Source: a virus (Duplodnaviria > Heunggongvirae > Uroviricota > Caudoviricetes). Taken from it: a stretch of DNA of 64,000 bases. Each line of letters starts with the position of its first letter. The stretch's first letter is position 1. Position numbers and translations under genes: made by a program. This document shows positions 9,283 to 18,701 of this stretch, piece by piece. The stretch spans positions 1 to 64,000 of the IMG/VR virus record IMGVR_UViG_3300036766_001364, one strand, 5' to 3'. A model generated the notes under the pieces. It did no database searches. It worked only from the letters and a program-made list of their open reading frames with translations, and had not been told where the DNA came from.

Positions 9283-9297
9283 GTGATATATTAGTAC
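9283..9297 (+). promoter_or_regulatory. Promoter-like gtgaTATATTagtac, 30 nt upstream of gene 9327
   Basis: AT-rich island; same motif at 14699-14714. Confidence 0.4.
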
Positions 9298-9326
9298 CAG
9301 CAACGCAACGGCGAGAGGACGACCAG

Positions 9327-9713
9327 ATGAAGTCCACGAACAGCGACATGACTGAGGCGCTGCGTTTAATTGCAGACCTTTCACCCGTAGCATCGGACGT
9401 CCGATGGGATGCAGAAGACGGCTATGCAGCCTATCGCACGCTCGACGGTAAACGTGAGTCCGTGCGGTGCTACGTTGGTGCGCATAACTCGGGGGACTCA
9501 GAGGATTTTGGCTACGAAATGGGCCTGTGGGCCGCAGCTAAAATAGCTCGGAAGTACCTTGTGGGCTTCGACCCCGCGCAGGCGCGGCTAGAGGCAGCGG
9601 TGGTAGAAGCTGCGTTGGCTACTCATACCAAAAGAGCCTATGCCAACCAAGAGTTCGATACCGCCCTTTACAATCTCGAAGCTCACATCGCAGCGCAGGA
9701 GGCAGGAGCGTGA
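9327..9713 (+). CDS. Hypothetical protein, paralog family C
   Basis: FDPAQARLEAAVVEAAL...LEAHIAAQEAGA C-terminus. Confidence 0.5.
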   Translation: MKSTNSDMTEALRLIADLSPVASDVRWDAEDGYAAYRTLDGKRESVRCYVGAHNSGDSEDFGYEMGLWAAAKIARKYLVGFDPAQARLEAAVVEAALATHTKRAYANQEFDTALYNLEAHIAAQEAGA

Positions 9714-9982
9714 ACAGGTCCACTCAAGAAGAGCGCAGAGCCGCCCGAGCGAAGCGCGCTGTCGCCTACGCTGCTCGCGACGCGGCCAAGTACGACGGCC
9801 CAGAAATCGGCTGGAGTGATCTCACGCTCGCGGAGCGGGAGCGCGTGAAAGCGATGCCCTGCTGGGGCGGTCGCGCGTGGCCGTTCGAGCGCTACGGCTA
9901 TCGGCGCGAGCGAGCGGGCGGGATGTCTGTCCGCGACTACGACGCGCTGGCCGACGTGTTCTTCGTCGAGGCCGAGCGGTGA
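9710..9982 (+). CDS. Hypothetical protein (90 aa)
   Basis: GTG overlap start. Confidence 0.4.
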   Translation: MNRSTQEERRAARAKRAVAYAARDAAKYDGPEIGWSDLTLAERERVKAMPCWGGRAWPFERYGYRRERAGGMSVRDYDALADVFFVEAER

Positions 9983-10494
9983 TGCAGCCATTCGAACGTG
10001 TCGAGCCGATTCTCAACGCGGCGATCATCGATGAGGCCAGGCGCGACCCAGAGTTCGCGAACGTGCTCGAGGAGCATCAGAGGAAGTACGCCTCTGGAGA
10101 GTCGACGCTCTGGCGCAACGACGCCTATCAGGTCGAGGTCGACACGAACCCGTCTGTCCATTCGGCGTGGCCGAAGACCGTCCACCTCTCGATCAAGCGC
10201 GTCGACAGAGAGCCGATCCACGACTGGCGCGAGCTGCAAGAGATCAAGAACGCGCTCGTCGGCCCCGAGGTCGAGGCGATGGAGCTCTACCCAGCCGAGA
10301 GCCGCGTCGTGGACACGGCCAATCAGTACCACCTGTGGGCGATCGTCGAACCCGGTGCGCGGTTCCCGGTCGGGTTTGAACAGGGATCGCGCGTCGGGGC
10401 CGACGACGCCGCGAGGGTGGGAGCGAGACAGCGCCCATTCAACAAGCCAGCGAACCGGGCCGCGCGGCGCAGGGCGATGAGGGATCGCCGATGA
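9982..10494 (+). CDS. Hypothetical protein (about 170 aa)
   Basis: ATG at 9982, inside track ORF 9877. Confidence 0.45.
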   Translation: MQPFERVEPILNAAIIDEARRDPEFANVLEEHQRKYASGESTLWRNDAYQVEVDTNPSVHSAWPKTVHLSIKRVDREPIHDWRELQEIKNALVGPEVEAMELYPAESRVVDTANQYHLWAIVEPGARFPVGFEQGSRVGADDAARVGARQRPFNKPANRAARRRAMRDRR

Positions 10495-11489
10495 AGTCGA
10501 CGCGCTACCTCCAGGCCCTCGAGACGCAGATCGACCTCAAGCGGTTCTACGAGTCCGCCGACGGGAAGGCCATCTACTTCGCCTCGCGGACGGGAGACAC
10601 GACGCCCGGCGGCAGGGATCTGGCCGACGCGCGCAGCGTCCACTACGACGCGCTGCTGTGCCTACTGGACGTCGGCACGCCGACGTATGTCGACCCGAGG
10701 ATCACGCAGGCGCTGTCTGACGCGATGCCCACCCTGCCGGACAAGATCCCGCTCCACGCCGACGACGTGCCCATGCCCAGCGGGTTCGCCTACCTCGACG
10801 GAGCGCCGTGGCGCCTGCCGCCGACGGTCGCCGGGTTCGAACAGTCGATCACCGCGATCGGCTGGCTGACGCTGAAGGACGGCCTCATCTGGGTCAGCGC
10901 GTTCGGGACCGTGCGCGAGCCGGGTCATCCGTCGGCCGTCGACCACCTGTCTCAGGTGCTGTTCTCGGAGGCCTGGCGCGTGGGAGACCCCATCGACCAC
11001 GACGGCGACCTGGCGAGAGAGCTCGCGCACGTCGGAGAAGACACGTCGGTCCACGTGAAGTTCATAGACCACACCCAGACCGCGCGCGTCATCGACGTCC
11101 CGGCCGCCGACGTGTACGCGTCTGAGTACATGCGACGGATCGAGGGGCGGCGATTCGCCTACGCGCTGTGGCACTTCATGGGGCAGCGGATCGTCTCGCT
11201 AGAGCGCGGCCACCTAGATCGGGCGACGCGACGGAGGATGCCGCCAGAGCGCCAGGACTCGGTCGTCCAGATCGTCGAACTGCGCGCGCGACAGGTGACG
11301 CCGCGCGAGCCGGGGATGGAAGAAGCGTCGCGCCAGTACAGCGTGCGCTGGGTCGTGCGCGGGCACTGGCGCTCGCAGTGGTACCCGTCGCTCGACAGGC
11401 ACAAGCCCCTCTGGATCTCGGCCTACGACAAGGGGCCAGAGGGCGCTCCCCTCAGGAGCGCTACCAAGCTCTTCGCGGTGGCGCGCTGA
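10491..11489 (+). CDS. Hypothetical protein (332 aa)
   Basis: ORF in track, overlap chain. Confidence 0.5.
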   Translation: MKSTRYLQALETQIDLKRFYESADGKAIYFASRTGDTTPGGRDLADARSVHYDALLCLLDVGTPTYVDPRITQALSDAMPTLPDKIPLHADDVPMPSGFAYLDGAPWRLPPTVAGFEQSITAIGWLTLKDGLIWVSAFGTVREPGHPSAVDHLSQVLFSEAWRVGDPIDHDGDLARELAHVGEDTSVHVKFIDHTQTARVIDVPAADVYASEYMRRIEGRRFAYALWHFMGQRIVSLERGHLDRATRRRMPPERQDSVVQIVELRARQVTPREPGMEEASRQYSVRWVVRGHWRSQWYPSLDRHKPLWISAYDKGPEGAPLRSATKLFAVAR

Positions 11490-11710
11490 TGTCGCGCGAT
11501 CTTCAGGCCCTAAGTGATGCAGCCGGATACGACGAGGCTGGCCAACTCGCCCTCGCTGAGATCCTAGACCTGGCCTCGTCCGAGGACAGATCGATCACGC
11601 GCCTGCGCGAGATCCGCGCCCTCTGCCTCGATATCCGGCGGCACCACTACGCGCTGGCAGGTATGCCGGACCCAGGCGACGACTCTTCATTCACGCGAGC
11701 GACACGCTGA
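11486..11710 (+). CDS. Hypothetical protein (74 aa)
   Basis: ATG internal to track ORF 11168. Confidence 0.4.
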   Translation: MMSRDLQALSDAAGYDEAGQLALAEILDLASSEDRSITRLREIRALCLDIRRHHYALAGMPDPGDDSSFTRATR

Positions 11711-12006
11711 TGTACGTCCACGAATGCGGGGCCTGTTTCGCGCCGATGAATCGCCACAGCGAGATGTGCGTCTTCGGCTGTTTCCACTGGCCAGCGCTCT
11801 GTTGCCCAGGCTGCGACTGCGAATCATTCCAGGAAGCTCATCCACCCGACACAGTGCTGCGCCCCGGCGTCGACCGCGTTTTTGGGCGATTCACCTATAT
11901 TGGGTTCGATCAAGCCGCGTGGAACGAGCTCGGAGCACGTGTCTCTGCACTACCTGACGGCCCTGGTGGCGCGGCGCGCGGTCGAGATGGGGAGATATAC
12001 GCATGA
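11710..12006 (+). CDS. Cys-rich protein, paralog family D (HEC..C...C...C.HW...CCPGC.C.SF.E.H); paralog at 19348..19548
   Basis: HECGACFAPMNRHSEMCVFGCFHWPALCCPGCDCESFQEAH matches HECLVCFTLIGRHGRCPLGCDHWEPFPCCPGCKCGSFEESH. Confidence 0.5.
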   Translation: MYVHECGACFAPMNRHSEMCVFGCFHWPALCCPGCDCESFQEAHPPDTVLRPGVDRVFGRFTYIGFDQAAWNELGARVSALPDGPGGAARGRDGEIYA

Positions 12007-12239
12007 GCCGCGCGAACGAAGTCAACCGCAAACTCAGAGACATCTCACAGTTCGGCAACCTCTATCCGACCGACGTCGCCTACTTGCAGCGGAAGATCTT
12101 GGCGGCGGGAGAAATGAAGTCTGCGATCAAACACTTCCTCGATCGCGTGGAAACTGATAGCGGCACGAGCTTGATGTATGAGCTCAACATCGCCGAGCTC
12201 AAGATACGGATGGAGGAGTACCTGAATGTCAAGAACTGA
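12003..12239 (+). CDS. Hypothetical protein (78 aa)
   Basis: ORF in track. Confidence 0.4.
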   Translation: MSRANEVNRKLRDISQFGNLYPTDVAYLQRKILAAGEMKSAIKHFLDRVETDSGTSLMYELNIAELKIRMEEYLNVKN

Positions 12240-12284
12240 CGAGCAGCTCATCGCGGCGACCGCCGCGCCGAGGAGGCTCATCAC

Positions 12285-12584
12285 GTGAACTGGCAGATCA
12301 TCGACATACTCACGCTTACGATCGGTCTTGCGGTCGCGATCGTGATGGTCGCGTCGCCCGGCGCGAAGACGACTCCACACGCGCCCAAGATGTCGGTCGA
12401 GTTCGTCCCAAAGTCGCTGGATGAATGGCTGGCCCAGGCAGACTGTCCGGTGCCCTGTCGCCCGCTGATGTTCCGTCAAGACGGTCACAGCTGGGAAGAC
12501 GTCCCGCTTCAGACGGTGACGTATACGGCCGCCGAGCAGTGTCATCTGTGCGGCGCGCGGCGGGCTTTCAGGCACTCGTACTGA
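12285..12584 (+). CDS. Small membrane protein (N-terminal TM segment)
   Basis: GTG start; hydrophobic ILTLTIGLAVAIVMVA. Confidence 0.4.
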   Translation: MNWQIIDILTLTIGLAVAIVMVASPGAKTTPHAPKMSVEFVPKSLDEWLAQADCPVPCRPLMFRQDGHSWEDVPLQTVTYTAAEQCHLCGARRAFRHSY

Positions 12585-12683
12585 CGGCGCTTGAGAGAGC
12601 CCGTGTCTTCGAGGCCAGAGTCGAACTCGGCAGACGGTCCCGCGCGCGCGAGGTGTATTATCATCGGGGGGGAGGTGGCGTCG

Positions 12684-13166
12684 ATGAATGACGACAACGA
12701 CTTCGTCGAACAGCTCGTTGAAGCCGTGAATGCTTCCGACAGTTTCCTCGACGAGATCGGGTTCCTCGGCCTCGCTCACCTGGAAAAGATCGAGGCGATC
12801 CCAGCCGTCCCAGCCGCTATCACGCGCGAGAACATCCCGCATCGCGAGTTCAGGATGCGCTGTCTCGCGATCTACGAGAAGCGAGACGGGCGCCGCCCCA
12901 CGATCGAGCAGTGGATGGCGCTCACCGGGGTGAGCAAGCCGACGGCCAAGAGAGACATCGAGATCGCCGAGACCGCTAACCACGCGGGTTCATTCGACGC
13001 GGGCGACGGGTCGAGGCACCTCGGGACCGTCTCCATCGGCGCTCTAGCGCGGGCCGCAGACAGAGCAGATCTCGGCGGCAATCGTGCGCTGACCATCGAC
13101 AGGCCGAGGAGTCTTCTGCCCGACGACCTCGACGACGACCTCGACGACGACTACGGCGATGAATGA
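12684..13166 (+). CDS. Putative HTH DNA-binding protein with an acidic C-terminus
   Basis: GGGGGGAGG RBS then ATG at 12684; HTH-like TIEQWMALTGVSKPTAKRDIE. Confidence 0.45.
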   Translation: MNDDNDFVEQLVEAVNASDSFLDEIGFLGLAHLEKIEAIPAVPAAITRENIPHREFRMRCLAIYEKRDGRRPTIEQWMALTGVSKPTAKRDIEIAETANHAGSFDAGDGSRHLGTVSIGALARAADRADLGGNRALTIDRPRSLLPDDLDDDLDDDYGDE

Positions 13167-13500
13167 TCGGCTCGACAGGGCGCTCAATCGCGTCACGATG
13201 TGGCGTAGCGCATTTGCGGGCTGGCAGCTGGGGACGCGCCCGAAGGGAGACCCAGAGTGCGACGCCGTCCGCGATCATCGCGAGCTGTCTATCGCGCTTC
13301 GCGTCGAAGCGTCCGCTCTCGCGCGAGTCCTGATCGACAGGGGGATCATGACAGTCCAGGAATGGGAGAACGCGGTGGCCAGCGAGGCCGACGCGCTCGA
13401 GCTCCTCTACGAAGCGAGCTTTCCCGGCATCAGCGCCACCGTTGATGGTCTCACGTTCGACGAGCGCGCCGTTAAGACGATGCGCGGCTGGAAGCCGTAG
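13159..13500 (+). CDS. Hypothetical protein (113 aa)
   Basis: ORF in track. Confidence 0.4.
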   Translation: MNDRLDRALNRVTMWRSAFAGWQLGTRPKGDPECDAVRDHRELSIALRVEASALARVLIDRGIMTVQEWENAVASEADALELLYEASFPGISATVDGLTFDERAVKTMRGWKP

Positions 13501-13901
13501 TGACGGCGGTCGCGAAGAAGCCGAAACCGAATCCGGTCATCGGCGTGGGGCAGCCGGGGCTGATCAGGCTGAACCTCTTCGGTCGGATAGTCGACGAGGT
13601 GTTCGGCACCATGCCCTACCTCGTCGGGTCTGCGGCGCGCGGGAAGCAGTGGCGAGACGTGGACGTGCGGCTGATCCTCACCGATGAAGAGTACAGGCAG
13701 TGGTGCGGAGAGCCGGCGAGACCGGAGTGGGTCAACCCGCGCTGGTCGGGGCTGTGCCTGGCGTTCGCGACGCTCGGGCGCGAGATGACGGGCCTCCCCG
13801 TCGACTTCCAGATCCAGACGATGGCTATGGCGAACGAGCTCTTTGGCGGCGAGGTCCGCGTCCCGCTCGGCCTCGCGCTCGCCTCGGGAGCGAGGCCGTG
13901 A
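13500..13901 (+). CDS. Minimal nucleotidyltransferase-fold protein (Pol-beta superfamily)
   Basis: YLVGSAARGKQWRDVDVRLIL fits the GS-x(8-13)-DhDh NTase motif. Confidence 0.5.
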   Translation: MTAVAKKPKPNPVIGVGQPGLIRLNLFGRIVDEVFGTMPYLVGSAARGKQWRDVDVRLILTDEEYRQWCGEPARPEWVNPRWSGLCLAFATLGREMTGLPVDFQIQTMAMANELFGGEVRVPLGLALASGARP

Positions 13902-14203
13902 TCGCGCTCACCCACGAAGAATATCTGAAGAGGACAGGCGCCCAAAACGTGCGTGATCGTGAGCGTTTCACGGGCGTTCGTGTCGACGCCGTGGTCTTCG
14001 ACATCAGGTCTGGACTTCCGGTGGACCTGACAGGACCAGAGCCGCGTCGCGTCGGTCCGGCCGCATTCATGCTCCACGGGATCAGCTTTCCCGTCGAGGA
14101 GATCGACGCGTCAGAACTCAGATTGAACATGGTCGCGATGCTCGCGCGGGCGTTTCAAGTTCCTGCATTCCCACGCGATGAACGCGTTGGACTCGGACGA
14201 TGA
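13898..14203 (+). CDS. Hypothetical protein (101 aa), GTG start
   Basis: Overlap chain. Confidence 0.4.
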   Translation: MIALTHEEYLKRTGAQNVRDRERFTGVRVDAVVFDIRSGLPVDLTGPEPRRVGPAAFMLHGISFPVEEIDASELRLNMVAMLARAFQVPAFPRDERVGLGR

Positions 14204-14607
14204 GCTGCGCTCACGTCGATGACGATGGCCTCTCCTGGTGGGGCGGAGCCGTCAAGATCATGCTCTCCTGCCACCACACCCCGAGGGGATATGTCCTGCT
14301 CGGGGTCGTCGAGCATCCGGAGGTCGCCGTCTACCTCGGGACGAGCCTCCACTGGGAGGAGAATCACGCGCGACCGGGCGGATGGACCGACTGCCGACAC
14401 TGGTACGGGGACGATCCGGACGACATGAGGATGGTCTACGCAGCGATGCGCCAGTGTCTCATCGCGGGCGACAGCGAAGCTCGCTGGCAGGACTTCGCGG
14501 CAGACGAGGACGTCGGCAAGCGCTCGCCGCGCGGCATGGCCGCGACTCTGGGCATCGTCTCAGCCACATTCAAGGCCCTCCTCGGCGATGAGCAGCGCTC
14601 CACCTAG
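14200..14607 (+). CDS. Hypothetical protein (135 aa)
   Basis: ORF in track. Confidence 0.45.
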   Translation: MSCAHVDDDGLSWWGGAVKIMLSCHHTPRGYVLLGVVEHPEVAVYLGTSLHWEENHARPGGWTDCRHWYGDDPDDMRMVYAAMRQCLIAGDSEARWQDFAADEDVGKRSPRGMAATLGIVSATFKALLGDEQRST

Positions 14608-14698
14608 GACAGGCAGGGGGACGCACAAACAGTCTGGTAAGATGTCTTATAATGCGCAAGAGACTGGAGATTGCCGAGCGCTTCACCCTCAATTCTCC

Positions 14699-14714
14699 CG
14701 TGGTATATTAGTAC
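14699..14714 (+). promoter_or_regulatory. Promoter-like gtggTATATTagtac directly upstream of 14724. A tcttATAATg hexamer also lies at 14648.
   Basis: AT-rich intergenic island 14610-14723. Confidence 0.4.
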
Positions 14715-14723
14715 TACACGACG

Positions 14724-14960
14724 GTGAATGATGGGGAATCGATGATCGGCTACCAGCGCTTCGGGGGTTTGGCCGAGGTGGACATCGCCAAACTGACGGC
14801 CGAGTGTTCTAAGGTCGCGTACTCGTCGGCCGCCACGGCGCACCATTCGCTGGCCGAGATCCGCGTGAAGAACCTCGATGACGGCCTGCGCGTATACCAC
14901 TGTCCGCACTGCGAGCTCTGGCATGTGGGACACAGCAAGCGGCCGCGAGTAACGCCTTGA
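14724..14960 (+). CDS. Hypothetical protein (78 aa) with a C-terminal CPHCxxWH motif
   Basis: ORF in track after the promoter-like island. Confidence 0.45.
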   Translation: MNDGESMIGYQRFGGLAEVDIAKLTAECSKVAYSSAATAHHSLAEIRVKNLDDGLRVYHCPHCELWHVGHSKRPRVTP

Positions 14961-15119
14961 CTGCCGCTGACAAGGGCGATGTTCAGGCGATCTCGATCGG
15001 CAGCCAGACGCTGTGGGGCAGGGTCGCAGCGATCGGCCTCATAGGGGGCGAGCGGTACTACTGGATGGTGGACAAGAACTCCGTGTCAACGATGCCGGCG
15101 TGCGTGGTGGAAGCGTGAA
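14958..15119 (+). CDS. Possible small ORF (53 aa, TTG start)
   Basis: GC3-rich frame after the 14960 stop; weak support. Confidence 0.2.
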
Positions 15120-15290
15120 GACTCTCTCGTTTGGACGCGTTCATCTTGGCGTCTCGACCCAGCTCATGCTCGGCGTGGCTTGGTTCGACTCCTCGCTCGA
15201 GCTGAGCGTTGGCCCGTTCTTCGTGCTCGTGCTCTTCTGGAAAATAAAGAGCGACGGCGCCCACGGCGCTGTCGAGACAGCGGGCCCCAG

Positions 15291-16532
15291 ATGATTGATG
15301 TCTTCAAGACCGAGAACGCGTTCGGGACCGGGGAAGTCCGCTCGTGGGCGTCTCTGCTCGACGAGAACTGCCGCCGGCAAGCCGAGGCGATCAGTCGCGT
15401 GCCGATCCTGGACGGCTACCTCGCGCTCATGCCCGACGCCCACTTCGGCTACGGGCCGCCTGTCGGCTCGGCGTTAATCACGACCGACGCGATCATGCCC
15501 TACGCGGTCGGGAGTGACATCGGCTGCGGGATGATCGCCATCAAGACAACCATAGAACGGGGCCGATTCGGCGAAACCGAACTGCACCGGCTGGCGGGGA
15601 ACGTCCGCACCCTGATCCCTTCGGGGCCAGCAGCACACGAGACGCCCTCGGAACTCAGCGATGAGTTCTTCGCGGGCTATGGCGATGCGCCGGGCCTCAC
15701 TCTGTTTGGGCAACGGGCGGAACACATGGCCTCAACCGCTCGGCGACAATTCGGTACTCTCGGCGCGGGCAATCATTTTGTGGAAGCGTGCGTCGGATTC
15801 GATTCGCCCGAAGCGCCCGTTTGGCTTGTGCTTCACAGCGGATCACGCGGCATCGGGAAGATGCTCTGCGACGTTCATGTAGCGGCTGCCAAGGCGGTCT
15901 GCATGAGAGACGTGGAGCGGCTGGAGTCCCCCGACTTCGCCTTCGTGCGGCGGGGCGATCCCGCGTATGGGGCATACATCGCGGACATGGTGTGGGCGCA
16001 GAATTTCGCTCACCACCAGCGCGAGGCAATGATGGAGGCGTTCATCGACGCCGTCAAGACTTCGCTCGGTATCACACACGACTCGCTCGACTACGAGACC
16101 GTGGCGAACTGCCACCACAACTACGCCGAGGAGATCGCCCCGAGTCGGTGGCTGACCCGCAAGGGCGCGATCGACGCTTCGCTCGGCGCCGTGGGCGTCA
16201 TCCCCGGCTCGATGGGCGCCGCGACATACATCGTCCGCGGCCTCGGCAACGAAGAAGCGTACTGCACGTCTCCGCACGGGGCGGGTCGACTGCTCGGACG
16301 CGGCGTCGCTCGGCGCACCCTGAGCCTCGACGACTTCAGGGCGCAGATGGGCGGCCGGACGTGGCAGGACCGAGACGCCGACGAGCTGCTCGACGAAGCG
16401 CCGGGGGCGTACAAGCCGATAGAGACCGTGATCGCAGACAGCGCGTCGCTGGTCGAGACGACCGCCGTGTTGAGTCAGTTCTTCAACTACAAGGGGGTCG
16501 GCTCGGGCCACGGGAAAGGCGTGAAGCGATGA
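15291..16532 (+). CDS. rtcB: RNA-splicing ligase RtcB (3'-phosphate/5'-hydroxyl RNA ligase)
   Basis: LMPDAHFGYGPPVGS, GSDIGCGMIA, NCHHNYAEE, SPHGAGR. ATG at 15291 is the likely start; the upstream part of track ORF 15180 is not RtcB-like. Confidence 0.9.
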   Translation: MIDVFKTENAFGTGEVRSWASLLDENCRRQAEAISRVPILDGYLALMPDAHFGYGPPVGSALITTDAIMPYAVGSDIGCGMIAIKTTIERGRFGETELHRLAGNVRTLIPSGPAAHETPSELSDEFFAGYGDAPGLTLFGQRAEHMASTARRQFGTLGAGNHFVEACVGFDSPEAPVWLVLHSGSRGIGKMLCDVHVAAAKAVCMRDVERLESPDFAFVRRGDPAYGAYIADMVWAQNFAHHQREAMMEAFIDAVKTSLGITHDSLDYETVANCHHNYAEEIAPSRWLTRKGAIDASLGAVGVIPGSMGAATYIVRGLGNEEAYCTSPHGAGRLLGRGVARRTLSLDDFRAQMGGRTWQDRDADELLDEAPGAYKPIETVIADSASLVETTAVLSQFFNYKGVGSGHGKGVKR

Positions 16533-17008
16533 GTCCCTCAACGAGCCGTGACGACGCCACCAGAATGTTGATAGAGGCCGTGCGGCTAGAACACGCGGCC
16601 CATGGGAACCCACGCGACGGCGATTGCGCGCTCTGCGTCGCTCTCCGCGACCTCGACGATGCGCCTGAAGAGACCGACGCAGACCGCGTCTTTCGCAAGC
16701 TGGCACGATCGTTCCCCATCTGGCGAGATGGCCAGCGGACGCCGGCAAACCACGATTGGCTGTGTGGACGATTTCTCAACGAAGTCTTGGGGACGACCTA
16801 CAAACACGAGTGGATAGGCGTCCAAGCCCAAGAATGGACCGATGCCGATGCGGCGCTCGACGCTTATCTCGCTCACGCTCAATCGAACGGCGGGGTGAAG
16901 CTAGAGAAGCTGCGACGCGCCGCGGCTGGCGTGTTTCCCGACGGCGATAGGAACGCGCCATCGAGGGCTTGGGATGAGCTCCGCAGCGCACTGGATGAGA
17001 CGCGATGA
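16529..17008 (+). CDS. Hypothetical protein, paralog family A
   Basis: See 4193..4642. Confidence 0.5.
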   Translation: MSPSTSRDDATRMLIEAVRLEHAAHGNPRDGDCALCVALRDLDDAPEETDADRVFRKLARSFPIWRDGQRTPANHDWLCGRFLNEVLGTTYKHEWIGVQAQEWTDADAALDAYLAHAQSNGGVKLEKLRRAAAGVFPDGDRNAPSRAWDELRSALDETR

Positions 17009-17211
17009 GCGATCGCGCTGTCGAGTGTTGGTCATATCTGTGTGCCGCGATCGTGAGTATGTCGATCGCGTGGCTCATCGGCCTGGCGGCTTTTGTAGAT
17101 TGGAACAATCGCGATCTCACTTTTCGCGCCTGCGTAGCTTACGCCTACGGAATACTGCCGTTCGTGCTGGCGGGGGTCGTCGGCGCCGTTATGGCTTGGA
17201 GGAAGCGATGA
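17005..17211 (+). CDS. Small membrane protein (2 TM segments)
   Basis: Hydrophobic ORF in overlap chain. Confidence 0.4.
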   Translation: MSDRAVECWSYLCAAIVSMSIAWLIGLAAFVDWNNRDLTFRACVAYAYGILPFVLAGVVGAVMAWRKR

Positions 17212-17606
17212 ATCACTATCACAGTTCCAAGGAGACATGTCCGGTGTGTTCTCCCGTTGCCGATATGACGACGCTACACGACAGGATGGAAGCCGCGATC
17301 ACACGAGCTGCGTCTGAGCACGACTACGGCTGCGGACACCTCGGCCTGATGATCGAGCTCGTCGCCTGTCTTCGCGGCGTCTCGGCAGAATTAGACGCGA
17401 AGCGCTCCGAGAACACAGACACCATGAACCGCATCATCGAACGAGATCTCCTGGTCGCTCAGCTCCGGCGCGTTCTCGCGATCTACGCGCAGCTTGGCAA
17501 CCCGGAGTTCATCAAGCAGTTAGTAGAATCCAAGCGGTTCTTCGACGATGGTGGCGTGGGAAAGACGCTCGCAGACTTGGTCACAGAGATCGGTGACGAC
17601 CGATGA
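17208..17606 (+). CDS. Hypothetical protein (132 aa), CPVC near the N-terminus
   Basis: ATG internal to track ORF 16974. Confidence 0.45.
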   Translation: MNHYHSSKETCPVCSPVADMTTLHDRMEAAITRAASEHDYGCGHLGLMIELVACLRGVSAELDAKRSENTDTMNRIIERDLLVAQLRRVLAIYAQLGNPEFIKQLVESKRFFDDGGVGKTLADLVTEIGDDR

Positions 17607-17782
17607 GCGTGTGCGTCTACGTCGCCTGCGATCGCTGCGGAGCCGCGACCGAGGCGTACCGCCTGAGGGCGCAGGCAGTCAGATCTGCGAAGCTCTCCGG
17701 ATTCTTGACGCGCGGAAAGAGGAACTACTGCTCTGTCGAATGCGACCGCCTCGAGAGCGTCCGACTGGAGAAGGAGGCGTAA
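17603..17782 (+). CDS. Small zinc-ribbon-like protein (59 aa)
   Basis: CDRCG...CSVEC; below the 60-aa track cutoff. Confidence 0.3.
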   Translation: MSVCVYVACDRCGAATEAYRLRAQAVRSAKLSGFLTRGKRNYCSVECDRLESVRLEKEA

Positions 17783-17980
17783 GTGGCAGGCGAGATGGCG
17801 CAGTTCCGCGGCGGCGGGCCGTGGGACGGCAAGCGCGCGAAACTGTCTGTGTGGCCGCCGCCAGAACGCATCGGCGACTACGAGCGCGTTTCTTACAGTC
17901 AGCTCACAGAAGAGCAGGCGGGACAGTACGTCGTGCGCGGTGCCGATTACAGGTACGCCCCGCAGATCGAGGAGGCGTGA
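17783..17980 (+). CDS. Hypothetical protein (65 aa)
   Basis: AAGGAGG RBS then GTG. Confidence 0.4.
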   Translation: MAGEMAQFRGGGPWDGKRAKLSVWPPPERIGDYERVSYSQLTEEQAGQYVVRGADYRYAPQIEEA

Positions 17981-18309
17981 TGTTTCGGAGAAGGGTCGCT
18001 CCCGAATCAGAATACGTCGCTCGCGCGCGAGCCAACCTCGCAATATTAGATGAGCTCATCGCCTGCGCCAGAGAGCAGGTCAGGCTCGGCGAGGAGCTCT
18101 TTGAGGTCCGTCGGAACGCGTATCTGACTATGGCGAAACTGCCCACGTCGCTAGAGGCGCTCCGCGAACTGTATGCCTCTCCCGGCGTCGTTGACGTCGA
18201 ACGAGCGCGAACGGCCAGGGAGCGGACTCGCGATGTGTTGGCATGCGTCGACGGAGATGGGGTCGATATGGGCCAGTCGACGACGATCGAGGCGGTGTCT
18301 GGGTCATGA
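17980..18309 (+). CDS. Hypothetical protein (about 110 aa)
   Basis: ATG inside track ORF 17548. Confidence 0.4.
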   Translation: MFRRRVAPESEYVARARANLAILDELIACAREQVRLGEELFEVRRNAYLTMAKLPTSLEALRELYASPGVVDVERARTARERTRDVLACVDGDGVDMGQSTTIEAVSGS

Positions 18310-18701
18310 AGATGCCGAAATTCAGGCGCTCGCCCGCGCCGCCCAAAGAGACGGGACGCGAATACGACTACACGAAACCAGGGGATGGACACGGCCTCAC
18401 GTTCGTCCACATGGACGAAAAGAACGTCCACCATGTCTCCGGCTTTGGACCAGACTGGGGCTCGTGTCAGCAGTCCAAAGACACCGTGCAGGCCATCATG
18501 CGCGTCGGTGGGATCATCAACGACTGGACGGTATTCGACCGCAAGCTCGTGCCCGGCGACGTGCTCCTGGCCCGGTTCGCCGACGCGGACGATGAGCCGT
18601 ACACGGGGCGCTGTCTCGTCATGACGGTGGAGTACTACGACGATCCCAAGGACATGTTCCAGGCGACACTGAGGAACATGGGAAGGCAGTCGGAGCCGTG
18701 A
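18306..18701 (+). CDS. Hypothetical protein (131 aa)
   Basis: ATG inside track ORF 18243. Confidence 0.45.
   Translation: MKMPKFRRSPAPPKETGREYDYTKPGDGHGLTFVHMDEKNVHHVSGFGPDWGSCQQSKDTVQAIMRVGGIINDWTVFDRKLVPGDVLLARFADADDEPYTGRCLVMTVEYYDDPKDMFQATLRNMGRQSEP

Noticed and set aside
7795-9393. 532-aa ORF on the minus strand overlapping the AAA+ ATPase gene
   Set aside because: Arg/His/Pro-rich translation typical of an antisense frame in high-GC coding DNA. The + strand gene has clear Walker A, Walker B and sensor-2 motifs.
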